Counted from the stretch's first letter, positions 41,558-53,270 are shown. The stretch is 64,000 nucleotides of DNA from Candidatus Marinacidobacterales bacterium (GCA_965219415.1 CBDCNP010000002.1:4896001-4960000); one strand, 5' to 3'. Notes: generated by a model from the letters alone, not told the origin. Translations and numbers: made by a program.

Positions 41558-42421
41558 CTAGCGAAGGAGCCCATTCAGAAGCGCCGCGAGCCGGTACCCG
41601 GCGAGCGCCATCTGCCGATCGGCGACCTCTTGGGCTTCGTCCTGATACTGCTTCGGCGGCCGCGCATCTCGAACAAGATACGACGGGTACAAGCGCGTCC
41701 TTGCAAGCTTGGCGCCGGCTTTGGACCAGTCGGTGAATCCTTGAACGCTCATCTCGCTCGCGAGCGTTGCGCGTGAATGAAGCGTTGTGATCTCGCCCGC
41801 GATCCGGTCGACCCATGCCGGATAGCCTTCGCTGTGGTGCTTGCGACGGGCGCGCATCTGTATCGAGTCCCAAAACGCGTGTAAGTTCCCCCAGGACTCC
41901 GGGTCGTCGAGCGCGAAATCGTTCCCTCCGCGATCGCCGTGCGGTTCGGCGTTGGTGACCCGCGCGCTCGAGTGGAGCGGTTGATGAACGTCACCGACGA
42001 GGTGGAGCAACCACGCGAGCTCGACAGCGTCGGGGACGGTGCCCGCGAGCGCCTCGAGTCGTTCGAGGAGTTCACCGTTCAGCCCCATCTCCGGTAGCGG
42101 CGTACCGTCTTCTCGCCAGAAATGATTGACGTAGTGCCACGTCGGGTGATCGTATTTTTCTTTGCGCACCGGCCACGCCTCATCGCGCACGACGTCGGGC
42201 CAGTACCCGCTGCGGACGAAGAGCTCTCGCGGGCCGAACCCCGATAGCGCGAGGCCGGCGTCTCTCGGCGCAGCGCGAAGAATCTCGACTGCCCGCTCGC
42301 GCGTGGGCTCGCTCATGTGCTCCCACGCGATAGCATCCACAACGAGATGTCCCACGCGATCCCACGCCGAGGCCGACGACGCACAACAAATAGCGAAGAA
42401 AACGACCTTCGAAACTCTCAT
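41558..42421 (-). CDS. S1/P1 nuclease, secreted
   Basis: Signal peptide then WDRVGH, WPD, WHY, HLVGDVHQPLH, DRGGN, NLHAFWD, AGYRLA. Confidence 0.93.
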   Translation of the reverse strand: MRVSKVVFFAICCASSASAWDRVGHLVVDAIAWEHMSEPTRERAVEILRAAPRDAGLALSGFGPRELFVRSGYWPDVVRDEAWPVRKEKYDHPTWHYVNHFWREDGTPLPEMGLNGELLERLEALAGTVPDAVELAWLLHLVGDVHQPLHSSARVTNAEPHGDRGGNDFALDDPESWGNLHAFWDSIQMRARRKHHSEGYPAWVDRIAGEITTLHSRATLASEMSVQGFTDWSKAGAKLARTRLYPSYLVRDARPPKQYQDEAQEVADRQMALAGYRLAALLNGLLR

Positions 42422-42662
42422 TAAGCGCGTGATAATAGCATGAGCCATGGCCGGTGGGTCCTGGGGCTGGTAGGGTAGCCCGCTGCGCCGGACGGTTCCC
42501 CTGCTGATGCTCAGCGTGCCGACCAATAATAATGATGATGAAGGACACGCAATCGCTCCACCGATGTGTGCTTCCGCAGTCAAGTGTTGGTGGCCTCCGC
42601 GTAATCTGGGTAAACTGCACCAAATGACGGACTCTCACCCCGAATTGTCCTCGCGATATTAC

Positions 42663-42828
42663 GGTGCTTCCGCCATCAAGTGTTGGTTAAATGACGCTAA
42701 GACGTTACGGTGCATTAAGTTACAGCCAAAATAGCGCTCGTGACCTTCGCTGCGCGCTAAATGGAGCGTAAGCGCTTCTTTTGCAAAGGGATGCGTACAC
42801 ATCACCAACAGCAAACAGCGCAAGCACC
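42663..42828. mobile_element. IS1-type MITE copy 2, inserted into a C left end
   Basis: Homologous to 21473-21639; followed by GCACAGGACG (42829-42838). Confidence 0.82.
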
Positions 42829-43461
42829 GCACAGGACGGCGTCGTCAGGGCCTGTGACTTGTGATGATGACTAATTTAAATTATGTCTATGTAGTAGAAA
42901 ACTATTACTGTAAATAACTTACAGAATTGTATATATAAAGGCAACAGGATGTGTCGCCAGACTATCTGATGAGGCACATCCCTCTGGCGGGGTGGTAGGG
43001 ACAGCACGATGACAAGGACATGCCAAGCAACTGGAGAAGCCGTCCTCGTCCCTCGGATTCCAAGGGCGTCTAAGCTGCTGATTTGTGGTCTATTTCAAAA
43101 GGGCCGAGTTTTGGCACAGGACGGGATGACGCGGGCGTATCGGTCATCGAATACACCCTTCAATCCGGCACCAGCCACGAAACCTGGCAGCGCAAACAGC
43201 GAGCGGATCGACTGGGAATTTTTCACTCGGTTAGCCTATCCTAAAAATGGACCACTTTTCAGCACCTGATGAAGTACTGGATACCTTTTCCACACAATGA
43301 GTTACACTGTTTTCCGTCAGGACTTACCCACACGAATCCGCGTAGACCCCTTATTACTAACGACTTATTCTTGTGGACCCTTAATTTCTGTCTTAGATTC
43401 TTGTTTGGTAGTCCTGCCGGTATCCTTAGATCGTTCAACTTATTAAAAAGGGGGACGTACC

Positions 43462-44556
43462 GTGGACTCGGATCCGAAACAGTCTCTCTCGGCTTCAGAC
43501 CCAACTGGCTCGTGGGGCGCGCACCCAGAGCTCAAAGCCGCTAGCGCGGTCGCGCCCTTTGCCGAATCCTCTCCTGCGCCAGTGGTGCATCCGGTCGTTG
43601 CGGCGACAGCGCGCAAGAAGGCGCAGCCTAGCAAAGGCCGTATCATTGCGGTTGGCGGCGGCAAAGGCGGCGTTGGCAAGAGCCTCATTACGAGCAGCGT
43701 CGGGATCTCTCTTGCACGGCACGGCAAGAAAGTGGTGGTTATCGATGCCGACCTCGGCGGAGCGAATCTCCATACTTGCTTGGGCTTGTCCACACCGTCG
43801 CTCACGCTGAGCGATTTCATCAGTCGGCGCGTCGAGTCGATTGACGACGTGATTCTCGAGACTGGCGTCAAGAACCTCGGACTCATCAGCGGCGCACACG
43901 ACCATCTCGCCGCGTCGAATCTGAAATATGGTCAGAAAACCCGACTCTTGTCCTGTATCGCTGCCGTGGACGCCGATTTCGTCTTGCTCGACATCGGTGC
44001 TGGGATCTCGTTCAACATCGTCGACTTCTTTCTCATTGCGGAGCAAGGGCTCCTCGTCGCGATCCCCGAGCCGAGCTCGATCGAGAACGCCTACCGCTTC
44101 CTAAAAATGAGTTTTTACCGTCATCTGTGGCGCGCTTTGAAGTCGAGCCCGGTGCGCAAAGTAGTTGAGCAAGCGATGGACCAAAAGAATCGCGACGGCA
44201 TCCGCACGCCCATCGATCTTCTCGACGCTGTGGAGCGTCGCGACAGTGCTACCGGACGCTATCTCAAGGAGCAAGCCTTCTCGTTTCGGCCGCGGCTTCT
44301 GATCAATCAGGTCCGCTACCCCGAGGACGAGGGTCTCGGCGCGTCGATGGCCAGCGTCTGCCGTCGCCATCTCGGAATCGCTATCGACGCCATCGGCTCG
44401 GTGCGCTTCGACGAGAGCGTTTGGAAGGCGAACCGCAAACGCAGACCTTTCATGCTCGACTTTCCCGAATCCGCAGCAGGAAGCTCCCTTGAGCGTGTGG
44501 CACAGGCTTTGATGTTCGGGCCACCCACTTTAGCGCGCACGGAGAGACGAAGTTGA
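43462..44556 (+). CDS. MinD/FlhG-family P-loop ATPase
   Basis: GGGKGGVGKS deviant Walker A, IDADLGGANLH, LDIGAG, PEPSSIENAYRFLK. Confidence 0.88.
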   Translation: MDSDPKQSLSASDPTGSWGAHPELKAASAVAPFAESSPAPVVHPVVAATARKKAQPSKGRIIAVGGGKGGVGKSLITSSVGISLARHGKKVVVIDADLGGANLHTCLGLSTPSLTLSDFISRRVESIDDVILETGVKNLGLISGAHDHLAASNLKYGQKTRLLSCIAAVDADFVLLDIGAGISFNIVDFFLIAEQGLLVAIPEPSSIENAYRFLKMSFYRHLWRALKSSPVRKVVEQAMDQKNRDGIRTPIDLLDAVERRDSATGRYLKEQAFSFRPRLLINQVRYPEDEGLGASMASVCRRHLGIAIDAIGSVRFDESVWKANRKRRPFMLDFPESAAGSSLERVAQALMFGPPTLARTERRS

Positions 44557-45248
44557 TGCTAAGACGGCTCAGCGAGCAAGACCATTATCAAGTTCTCGAG
44601 GTTTCGTACGACGCGAGCTCCGAAGAGATCCAGTCGGCCTTCGAGACGGCCCGCGACATCTACTCTCACGAAGCGCTCGTTTCCAGCTCGATTCTGTCGG
44701 ACCGCGAGCGCCGTCGCACGTTCCACCGGATCTCGGAGGCGTATCAGATGCTCATTGCTGAAGAAAGCCGCCGTCTCTACGATAAGAGGCTCGGGGTTCC
44801 GGAACCGGTCGTGCGCCGGGAGCAAGGGTCGAGGTTCGCCACCGCCGACAACGTCGAGGCGACGTCCACGAATGGCGACGTCGCTCCGTCCGAGGCCCAC
44901 GCTGAGCGGGAGCACGTCTCCGCCGACGATGTCGAGACGCCCGAGAAAGCGGCGGGCTCGGAGAGTTCCGTGCGCGAGTGCCCGCTACAACTCGAGACGT
45001 CCGCAGAAGCGACTGGAGCGTTTCTTAAGGCGGCGCGACAGGCGATGGGACTCGAGTTGGCAACCATCTCTAAAGAAACGAAAATCGGCTGCTCCATGCT
45101 CGAATATATCGAGAACGAGAGACTCGATCGCCTCCCGGCCGCGGTCTATTTGCGCAATTTCACCAGGCAATTTGCCCGTTGTCTCGGGCTCGACGAAGAT
45201 CAGGTTTCGACGACCTACTTGGAGCGCATCCACCGCCTCCAAAGCTAA
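44553..45248 (+). CDS. DnaJ-like N-terminal domain plus RodZ-type HTH protein
   Basis: DHYQVLEV...RRLYD and GAFLKAARQ...LEYIENE...LPAAVYLRNF. Confidence 0.8.
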   Translation: MMLRRLSEQDHYQVLEVSYDASSEEIQSAFETARDIYSHEALVSSSILSDRERRRTFHRISEAYQMLIAEESRRLYDKRLGVPEPVVRREQGSRFATADNVEATSTNGDVAPSEAHAEREHVSADDVETPEKAAGSESSVRECPLQLETSAEATGAFLKAARQAMGLELATISKETKIGCSMLEYIENERLDRLPAAVYLRNFTRQFARCLGLDEDQVSTTYLERIHRLQS

Positions 45249-45308
45249 CGCCCGATCCCGCGCTCACAAGCTGCTATAGTTAGGAGCTTTGGACGGGAGG
45301 TCTCTCTT

Positions 45309-45660
45309 TTGCCCACGCTCTCCGTGGTGATCCCTTGCTACAACGAGACGCTTACGATCGAGACGATCGTCGACGCGGTTTCGAAGAGTGAGATCGAGGA
45401 TCTCGAGATTCTCGTGGTGGACGACTACTCGACGGACGGAACCCGCGACAAACTGCGTGAGATCCAGGAGAAACGTTCGATCGAAGTCGTGCACCACGAG
45501 CGCAACATGGGCAAAGGCGCCGCGCTCCGCACCGGGTTCGCACGCGCGACGGGCGATATCGTCATCGTTCAGGATGCCGACCTCGAATACGACCCCCGCG
45601 ATTACATGAAGCTCGTTGCACCCATCCTGGAAGGCAAGGCCGATGTCGTCTTCGGTTCCC
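45309..45660 (+). pseudogene. Glycosyltransferase family 2 (DPM1-like), truncated
   Basis: [35 protein letters not shown]; cut by a B left end at 45661. Confidence 0.88.
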
Positions 45661-45940
<280 letters not shown>

Positions 45941-46579
45941 TAGTAGCATTCGCTGACAGAGGCACGCCAACGGACACTAGCATTCAAACGCAGCGTAGCA
46001 ACACTTGATGACGGAAGCAGCCTTGGAACTGTGCCTACCAGCGCGCCGTGGCCCTGGGGTCATGTTTATGAAAACGGTGGGGTCGCTGATGCCCAGGGTG
46101 CCGACTATAATATAGTGAAGGAGCCTCATCGGTGGGCCTTTTATCGGCCCTGGGCGCAAACACAGACACTAAGCCGGTGATTTATGGTCTATTTCGAAAG
46201 GGTCGAGTTTTGGCACAGGACGGGATGGGGTGTCCAATCTCTGGCGGCTGACAGGTCGGAGACTGCTGGGGAGGCGCGCGCGGGAGCGCAGCGATCAGTT
46301 CGAGATCGGCGAGCCAGAAGGTGCTACCGCAACGCCAAGTCCGGCTTCCAGAGCCCATGGCCCCTGGGCCTGACTCGGGCTACCGGTGCGATAGAGAACT
46401 TATAACCTGCGGTCGGGATTGATGATCGTGCGCCACCGGGGAGTTGTCGAAGCCGAGGCCTTCCGTGGGCTGGTTGAAGTGGCGCCCGATGATGTCGACG
46501 AACGGATCGACGCTGATGTCGGCGTTGGCGTCGAAGCTGTATTCATCGTTCAACGTGATGAGTCGCGCCTCCATGTACC

Positions 46580-47861
46580 TGTGCATCGTCAAAACCGCTC
46601 CGCCCACGAAATCAAGGACTTACGCTCCGCTTGAATTCCGGGCCGAAGACGGCGAAACTCCGCCGCTATGCTCGACGTTGTTGTCTTCCTCGTCTCACTT
46701 GGCGTCCGTGTCATTCGGGCGATGTGTCGGCGCCGCGCCGACCTGGTGTTGGAGAACGTCGCTTTGCGGCAGCAAGTGACGGCGCTGAAGAAAGAGCGCC
46801 CACGCCCACCGCTCGAAGACACGGAACGGGCTTTCTGGGTTGCTCTTCGAGGTTCGTGGCCCGCGTGGGCGAGCCGCCTGCTCATCGTCCACGCGGACAC
46901 CGTGGCCCGTTGGCATCGCGACCGATTCCGACGGTACTGGGCAAAGATCTCGCAGCGCCGCCATCCCGGTCGGCCTCGGGATGCCGAGATTCGCCGCCTC
47001 GTCCGCACGATGGCGCAAGACGGCTGGGGGGCGCCACGCATCCATGCTGAGCTCACCAAGCTCGGTTTCATCATCTCCGAGAGCACGGTGTCGCGATACC
47101 TGCCGCGGCATCCCGCGGAGCCCGACCAGCTGAAGCGATGGATGGCTTTCTTGCGCAACCATAAAGACGATATCGCCGCCATGGATCTGTTCACCGTGCC
47201 CACCGCTTCGCTCCGGCTGCTGTACGGCTTCTTCGTCATCGAGCACGGTCGCCGGCACATCGTTCACTTCAACGCCACGTTCCACCCGACGTCTGCTTGG
47301 GTTATTCAGCAACTGCGTGAGGCGTTTCCCTACGACACCGCTCCGAAATATCTCATCTTCGATCGCGACTTCATCTTTAGCGCTGCGGTCATCGAGTTCA
47401 TCAAAGCAACTGGCACAAAACCCGTTCGCACTTCGTTTCGCAGCCCATGGCAAAACGGAACCGCGGAGCGGTGGGTCGGCAGCTGCCGTCGCGAGCTCCT
47501 TGAGCACATCGTGGTTCTCGGCGCATGTCATCTCATCCGGCTCGTGCGAGCTTACATCAGCTACTATCACGAGGACCGTTGCCACTTGGGGCTGAACAAG
47601 GACCCACCGAGCTTGAGAGCGGTCACGCACCGACCGTCTCCTACGGCGAAAGTCGTCGCACTGCCGCGAGTCGGTGGATTGCACCATCGATACGAGTGGC
47701 GAGAGGCAGCCTGAGTCAGCTTGGTCGCTCGCGTTACTCGGCTGGTCGCCGAGAAGTTCGTCCTCAGCACCTTCCCTCGCGCGCTGACCACGCTCTCCAG
47801 CATGTGCTCAAGGACAATCCGGGCCTAGAGTCCAGTCCCGGACAAATAATGATGATGGACA
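46580..47861 (+). mobile_element. Element A copy 3
   Basis: Same ends; 3-bp in-frame deletion near 46980; no TSD. Confidence 0.9.
46668..47714 (+). CDS. rve DDE transposase, element A
   Basis: 348 aa, near-identical to the other copies. Confidence 0.92.
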   Translation: MLDVVVFLVSLGVRVIRAMCRRRADLVLENVALRQQVTALKKERPRPPLEDTERAFWVALRGSWPAWASRLLIVHADTVARWHRDRFRRYWAKISQRRHPGRPRDAEIRRLVRTMAQDGWGAPRIHAELTKLGFIISESTVSRYLPRHPAEPDQLKRWMAFLRNHKDDIAAMDLFTVPTASLRLLYGFFVIEHGRRHIVHFNATFHPTSAWVIQQLREAFPYDTAPKYLIFDRDFIFSAAVIEFIKATGTKPVRTSFRSPWQNGTAERWVGSCRRELLEHIVVLGACHLIRLVRAYISYYHEDRCHLGLNKDPPSLRAVTHRPSPTAKVVALPRVGGLHHRYEWREAA

Positions 47862-48435
47862 GCGCTGGGTGAAGTCAGTCAAAGAGGAATGTCTCTCGAA
47901 GCTCATCCTGTTCGGCGAGAAGTCGCTCCGTCATGCGCTTAGAGAGTACATCGTCTACCATCACCACGAGAGGAATCATCAAGGCAAGGAGAATCTGCTG
48001 CTGTTCCCAGCCAGCGACCCGTTACCTCAGTCCGAGCGTAAGGTACGCTCCCGTGAACGGCTTGGCGGGTTGCTCCGTTTCTACCATCGGGAAGCCGCAT
48101 GAGTATTTTGACCTCACGGGTTGGCGTCGCGCCCGTCAAGCTGCCCGCACTGAGCCCGGATTTGAACTCGTTCGCGGAGCGCTGGGTGAAGTCAGTCAAA
48201 GAGGAATGTCTCTCGAAGCTCATCCTGTTCGGCGAGAAGTCGCTCCGTCATGCGCTTAGAGAGTACATCGTCTATCATCATCACGAGAGGAATCATCAAG
48301 GCAAGGAGAATCTGCTGCTGTTCCCAGCCAGCGACCCGTTACCTCAGTCCGAGCGCAAGGTGCGTTCCCGTGAACGGCTTGGCGGGTTGCTACGTTTCTA
48401 CCATCGGGAAGCCGCATGAGTATTTTGACCTCACG
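47862..48435 (+). mobile_element. Two tandem 3' fragments of element C with right ends (tips 48118, 48435)
   Basis: ERWVKSVKEECLSKL...RERLGGLLRFYHREAA followed by GAGTATTTTGACCTCACG, twice. Confidence 0.85.
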
Positions 48436-48504
48436 GGCACGTTCTGGCTGAGTGTATCCGTGATCTCCATCACGCGGATGAATAAATAGAAGGCACAGCG
48501 GCTT

Positions 48505-50166
48505 CTACGTCGACTCCGCGCCGTCCTCATCGTCGAGTGGTTCGAGTTCGGCGGAGAGTTCCGCGTCCTCGGCTTCAATCTCTTCGGTGAGCGCCGGGAG
48601 CTCGAGAATTCGTGCGGCCTCGCCGTCGGGCATCCGCTCGACGGTACGAAGCTTTCGCTCCATCGCGCGGCTGCGAACGCCCGTCTGCTCGATCGTGCGG
48701 CTGGCGCTGTTGAGCTGGCGCCTGATTTTATCGAGAACGCCGCCGAACTTGTCGAACTCGGTTCTCACGGCGCCCAGGATTCTCCACACCTGCGCGGCGC
48801 GCTGCTCGATGGCCAGGGTCTGAAAACCCATCTGCAAGCTGGTGAGGATCGCCGCCAGCGTCGTCGGTCCGGTGACCATAACGCGATAGCGTTGCTGGAG
48901 CTCACCAACGAGATCGGGCTGGCGGAGGACTTCAGCGTAAAGACCTTCAGTGGCAAGGAACATGATCCCGAAGTCGGTCGTGGTTGGTGGTTTCAAGTAC
49001 TTCTCGTTGATGGCCTTCGCCGCCACTCTGACCGTGCGCGAGAGTGCGTCTATGGCTCTAAGCGTTGCATCGGCGTCGGCCGCTTCTGCAGCATCCTGTA
49101 AGCGCAGATAGTCTTCCTGCGGGAACTTGGAGTCGATGGGAAGCCAGACACAGGAGGTTGGATCGTCCTGCGGGCCTGGCAGGCGCACGGCGTATTCGAC
49201 GGTCTCGGTTGAGTCGGGTGCGGGACGAACATTCTTTTCATACTGACCCGGAGCGAGGACCTGCGCAAGAATTGCGCCGAGTTGGACTTCACCCCATGTG
49301 CCGCGCGCCTTGACGTTGCTCAGGACTCTTTTCAGGTCGCCCACGCCGCTTGCCAGGGTCTGCATTTCACCGAGGCCCTTATGGACTGATTCGAGGCGCT
49401 CGCTGACCAGCTTGAAGGATTCGCCAAGCCGCTTTTCAAGTGTGTCGTGGAGTTTCTCATCGACGGTCTTGCGCATTTCACCGAGCTTTCTTTCGTTGCC
49501 CTCCTGCAACTCCTTGACGCGTGTATCTAGCAGATCGCGCACCTGACGCATGCCGGCGTGGTTGGAGTCGGTCATCTCCTTGAGCTGCGCTGTCATCGTG
49601 CCGAGCTTCTCATCCAGGCTTGTCCGAATCTCGGAGAGCTTCTTCTCGTTGCCTTGCTGCAGTTCCTTGACACGCGCATCAAGCAGGCCGCGCAGCTGCT
49701 CCAGCGTGGCGTGGTTTGCATCGGCCGTCTCTTTCAGCTGGGTTGTCATTGCGCCGAGCCGCTTATCGAGGCTGGCGCGGATCTCCGAGAGCTTCTTTTC
49801 GTTGCTCTCCTGGAGTGCTTTGGCCTGAGACTCGGCGGCCGTGCGGATGCGCTCGAGCGATGCCTGGCTCGAGTCGGTCAAATCCTTCAACTGCGTGGTC
49901 ATGCCGGTGAGCTGGGTCTGCTGAAGAGCGCCCATGCTCTTCAGCGAGCGGACAAGCGTCTCGTCGCCGGCTTTGAGGCCGGCAACCAGTTCCTCGCGGA
50001 GCCGGGCGGCGGTCTGCTGCGCTTCCTCGCGGCCCATCCTGAGCTCGTCTCGCACCGTGCCGGCGGCACTGTCGAATGCGCGGGATTGGCGTACGAGAAC
50101 CATGGCCACGAGAACTATGGTGGCGATGATGCCGAGGAGACCCAGTACGATGAGGCCGTTGCTCAT
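48505..50166 (-). CDS. rmuC: DNA recombination protein RmuC with expanded coiled coil
   Basis: N-terminal TM helix; LSNVKARGTWGEVQL, LPIDSKFP, KYLKPPTTTDF, GPTTLAA. Confidence 0.92.
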   Translation of the reverse strand: MSNGLIVLGLLGIIATIVLVAMVLVRQSRAFDSAAGTVRDELRMGREEAQQTAARLREELVAGLKAGDETLVRSLKSMGALQQTQLTGMTTQLKDLTDSSQASLERIRTAAESQAKALQESNEKKLSEIRASLDKRLGAMTTQLKETADANHATLEQLRGLLDARVKELQQGNEKKLSEIRTSLDEKLGTMTAQLKEMTDSNHAGMRQVRDLLDTRVKELQEGNERKLGEMRKTVDEKLHDTLEKRLGESFKLVSERLESVHKGLGEMQTLASGVGDLKRVLSNVKARGTWGEVQLGAILAQVLAPGQYEKNVRPAPDSTETVEYAVRLPGPQDDPTSCVWLPIDSKFPQEDYLRLQDAAEAADADATLRAIDALSRTVRVAAKAINEKYLKPPTTTDFGIMFLATEGLYAEVLRQPDLVGELQQRYRVMVTGPTTLAAILTSLQMGFQTLAIEQRAAQVWRILGAVRTEFDKFGGVLDKIRRQLNSASRTIEQTGVRSRAMERKLRTVERMPDGEAARILELPALTEEIEAEDAELSAELEPLDDEDGAEST

Positions 50167-50362
50167 GACTCGCTCCAGATTGGCAAAAGTTGCGCGCCGT
50201 TGGGTAAAGAACGCTCACCCGGGATGTGTCCCGAGGTTCGTGGAAAAAGACCGGCGCCCTCCACTCCGTCATCAGGGTATCAGATCAGGCGGCAACCTCC
50301 GCGTGTTCGAGAACCTCGCTCAGACGTTGGCCCTTCGTCGTGCGTCTCCTTGGTTTGGCAGC

Positions 50363-50937
50363 TGTGCCTTCTATTTATTCATCCGCCAGCCCATGGGTCG
50401 GAAGTCAGCCCTGCGGCGCGAAATACCCTGAATTCTGCGCGGATTCCAAGGGCGTCTAAGCTGCTGATTTGTGGTCTATTTCTAAAGGGCCGAGTTTTGG
50501 CACAGGACGGGGTGGTCTCCATCATTAAATTACACTCGACGCGCTGCTTGAGTCCGCTCCGCTCGGAACGGCTGCCGGACTTCGCACCAGATTACACCTC
50601 TACTACCCCTGAGTAGAGCCGACACCGGCGTCTGGTCAAAATACTCGAACGCCCAGCGGGTCAGCAGTTTGCACCTTTCCAAGAGCTGCTTGAATCCGGC
50701 ATCGCGGTCGGATACGTATTCCTTCCGGGTGCACAGTTCGTTGCCTGCAGCTCGCCCCGCAGCCGATTTGATCCAGCCGTGTGCACCCCCGGTGGGCCTG
50801 TCGCCCGCCACCCGCAGCCCAAGGGTCGGAAGCCAGCCCTACGGCGCGAAATACCCTGGATTCTGCGCGGATTCCAAGGGCGTCTAAGCTGCTGATTTGC
50901 GATCTATTTCAAAAGGGCCGAGTTTTGGCACAGGACG
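50363..50937. mobile_element. Stack of IS ends: hybrid B-left/C-left MITE (50363-50509), B 3' fragment, C-type right end, second C-left unit
   Basis: Each block matches ends defined elsewhere in the window. Confidence 0.75.
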
Positions 50938-51499
50938 CCGTCGCCCGCTGGCTCGAGAAGGCAGCCCAAGTGTGTCGTCGATTCAATCACAGAAGGATCG
51001 CTGGCTTCGCTGCCGAAGAGCTTCAATCCGACGAGATTCGCACGTTCGCGGGCAACAAGAAGACACCGAGTTGGGTCTTCGTTGCAATCGAAGTCTGGTC
51101 TCGGCTCTGGCCATCGACGGTGACGGGAAGGCGAAGCTACCGGAACACTCACGCTCTGTTTCGCGACCTTTCGAGACGGATGAATTTCGAGCGTCTTCCC
51201 TTGATCGTTACGGATGGATTCGAATTCTACCAGAAGGTTCATCCGTCGCTTCTTCCGTCCAGCGTGTCTCTACGGCTAGGTCCCAAAAACGCGCAGGAAC
51301 GATCGTATCATCAAGGTCGAACGGAGAGCGCTGCACGGAGCCGCGTGGCGATTCGAAGACGCGCTCAATAACTCCGAGGACTCTTCGACATTGAACACGT
51401 CGTTCATCGAGCGGTTGAATCTGACTATCCGGCAAAGCTCGGCATACCTTTCGAGACGAACGCTTTCCCACGCTCGCTCGACGGAGAGGCTCGATGAGC
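50938..51499 (+). pseudogene. Internal fragment of the IS1-family transposase
   Basis: Matches about 16738-17298 with a 1-bp insertion; bounded by a C end and an IS1 end. Confidence 0.88.
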
Positions 51500-52699
51500 G
51501 GTGCTTCCGCAATTAAGTGTTGGCGGCCAGCCCCTAACCCGTCTGCGTGCTAGAGTTTGAACCAGAATTCCGAAGACACAGTTCTCTCATCGTCAGGGCC
51601 GAGCCAAAGTGAAGAATCGCAGATGTCTCAATCTCGCATGTCCGTTGCGGGGCAAAGTCAGTTCCGGAAACATCGTTCGCCACGGATTCTACCGAACCAG
51701 GTCCGGGAAACGCCGTCGATACCGGTGCGGCGAGTGCGGAAAGACGTTCTCCTCGACGAAAGGCACGCCCTACTACCGTCTCCAACATCGAAGAGCTACT
51801 TTCGATGTGGTCATCGCTCTCAGAGTCGAGGGTGTCAGCATTTCCTCGATTTCCCGGATCAAAGGGATTGCCTGGAACACCGTCGCCCGCTGGCTCGAGA
51901 AGGCAGCCCAAGTGTGTCGTCGATTCAATCACAGAAGGATCGCTGGCTTCGCTGCCGAAGAGCTTCAAGCCGACGAGATTCGCACGTTCGCGGGCAACAA
52001 GAAGACACCGAGTTGGGTTTTCGTTACAATCGAAGTCTGGTCTCGGCTCTGGCCATCGACGGTGACGGGAAGGCGAAGCTACCGGAACACTCACGCTCTG
52101 TTTCGCGACCTTTCGAGACGGATGAATTTCGAGCGTCTTCCCCTGATCGTCACGGATGGATTCGAATTCTACCAGAAGGTCATCCGTCGCTTCTTCGGTC
52201 CAGCGTGTCTCTACGGCCAGGTCCTAAAAACGCGCAGGAACGATCGCATCATCAAGGTCGAACGGAGAGCGCTGCACGGAGCCGCGTGGCGATTCGAAGA
52301 CGCGCTCAATAACTCCGAGGACTCTTCGACATTGAACACGTCGTTTATCGAGCGGTTGAATCTGACCATCCGGCAAAGCTCGGCATACCTTTCGAGACGA
52401 ACGCTTTCCCACGCTCGCTCGACGGAGAGGCTCGATGAGCACCTGGAGTTGCTCCGTTGCTATTACAACTTCGTCCGACCGCACGGAGCTCTGAAGTTCG
52501 GACGTGAGATCCGAACTCCGGCTATGCAGGCCGGTCTGACCACGCGACGGCTCACCTTTCGAGACATCTTCTTGGCGACGACGATTCCTTTGTGGTCGCG
52601 GATCGAGGTTTTCCTGCTCAGTAGGGCGCGCAACCCGGTCTCTTCCGAACCTGTACCACTGCCCGCAGCAGCGTAGCAACACTTGATGGCGGAAGCACC
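51500..52699 (+). mobile_element. IS1-family element copy 2
   Basis: Same IRs; no TSD. Confidence 0.9.
51609..52676 (+). CDS. IS1 family transposase
   Basis: 355 aa, near-identical to 16467-17534. Confidence 0.9.
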   Translation: MKNRRCLNLACPLRGKVSSGNIVRHGFYRTRSGKRRRYRCGECGKTFSSTKGTPYYRLQHRRATFDVVIALRVEGVSISSISRIKGIAWNTVARWLEKAAQVCRRFNHRRIAGFAAEELQADEIRTFAGNKKTPSWVFVTIEVWSRLWPSTVTGRRSYRNTHALFRDLSRRMNFERLPLIVTDGFEFYQKVIRRFFGPACLYGQVLKTRRNDRIIKVERRALHGAAWRFEDALNNSEDSSTLNTSFIERLNLTIRQSSAYLSRRTLSHARSTERLDEHLELLRCYYNFVRPHGALKFGREIRTPAMQAGLTTRRLTFRDIFLATTIPLWSRIEVFLLSRARNPVSSEPVPLPAAA

Positions 52700-53270
52700 T
52701 GAGAAATCTGTATAGAGGCAAAGATATCTCAGGAATGAACCCAGTTCGTCGAGCGATATCCGGTGCTTCGCCACGTCTTTGGGTGAAAGAACGATCGTAA
52801 GGTGTTCGGTGAAGACTCTCTCGGAGCAAGCCGCCACGAACGATCTTACGATCTCTCTCACAACATCATCCCTGGGTTGAGTGAGCCGTGAAGATCCGGT
52901 ACCAAGCACTGGCATAACCAGAGGCTCCTTGAGGCCTCGCGATCCGATATACACCCACAACTCTGCCAGAGAAATTTTCAACATATCGAAGCTGCTTACA
53001 GCCACTCCGTGTTCATTCATGTCGGCAATAGCGACGAAGTAGGCTCTGCGCCCATGCGGGTCGAGTCTGACGACCGTTCCGGCCGGATACCGTTCACTCT
53101 TGCCCTCGCGCTGACCTTGAAGCCTCTCAGGCACAACGCCAGACAACGTGTCAGCCAGCTCACGGTCGAGTTGAGATTCATCGGTGTAGTACTTCTTGGT
53201 GAAGGCACCTTGGACACTGTCCTTAGAGATCAACTTTCGAGACACCTTCGTGTCGAAGGATGTATTGCTC
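52700..53270 (-). pseudogene. Macro-domain fragment of Thoeris type II ThsA (DUF6430-like)
   Basis: SNTSFDT...ISKDSVQGAF...YPAGTVV...YFVAIADMNEHG...LWVYIGSRG...MPVLGTGSSR; N-terminal TM part and thsB absent. Confidence 0.7.

Noticed and set aside
42860-42890. dif/pdif-like site (also near 59484-59507)
   Set aside because: Only a partial TTATGT or TCATGTTAAC match, with no convincing XerC arm
43124-43245. Possible RuvC-like fragment (GVSVIEYT)
   Set aside because: Too short and not followed by recognisable RuvC sequence
46380-46579. Short minus-strand ORF next to element A copy 3
   Set aside because: Looks like a gene scrap, but no family could be assigned
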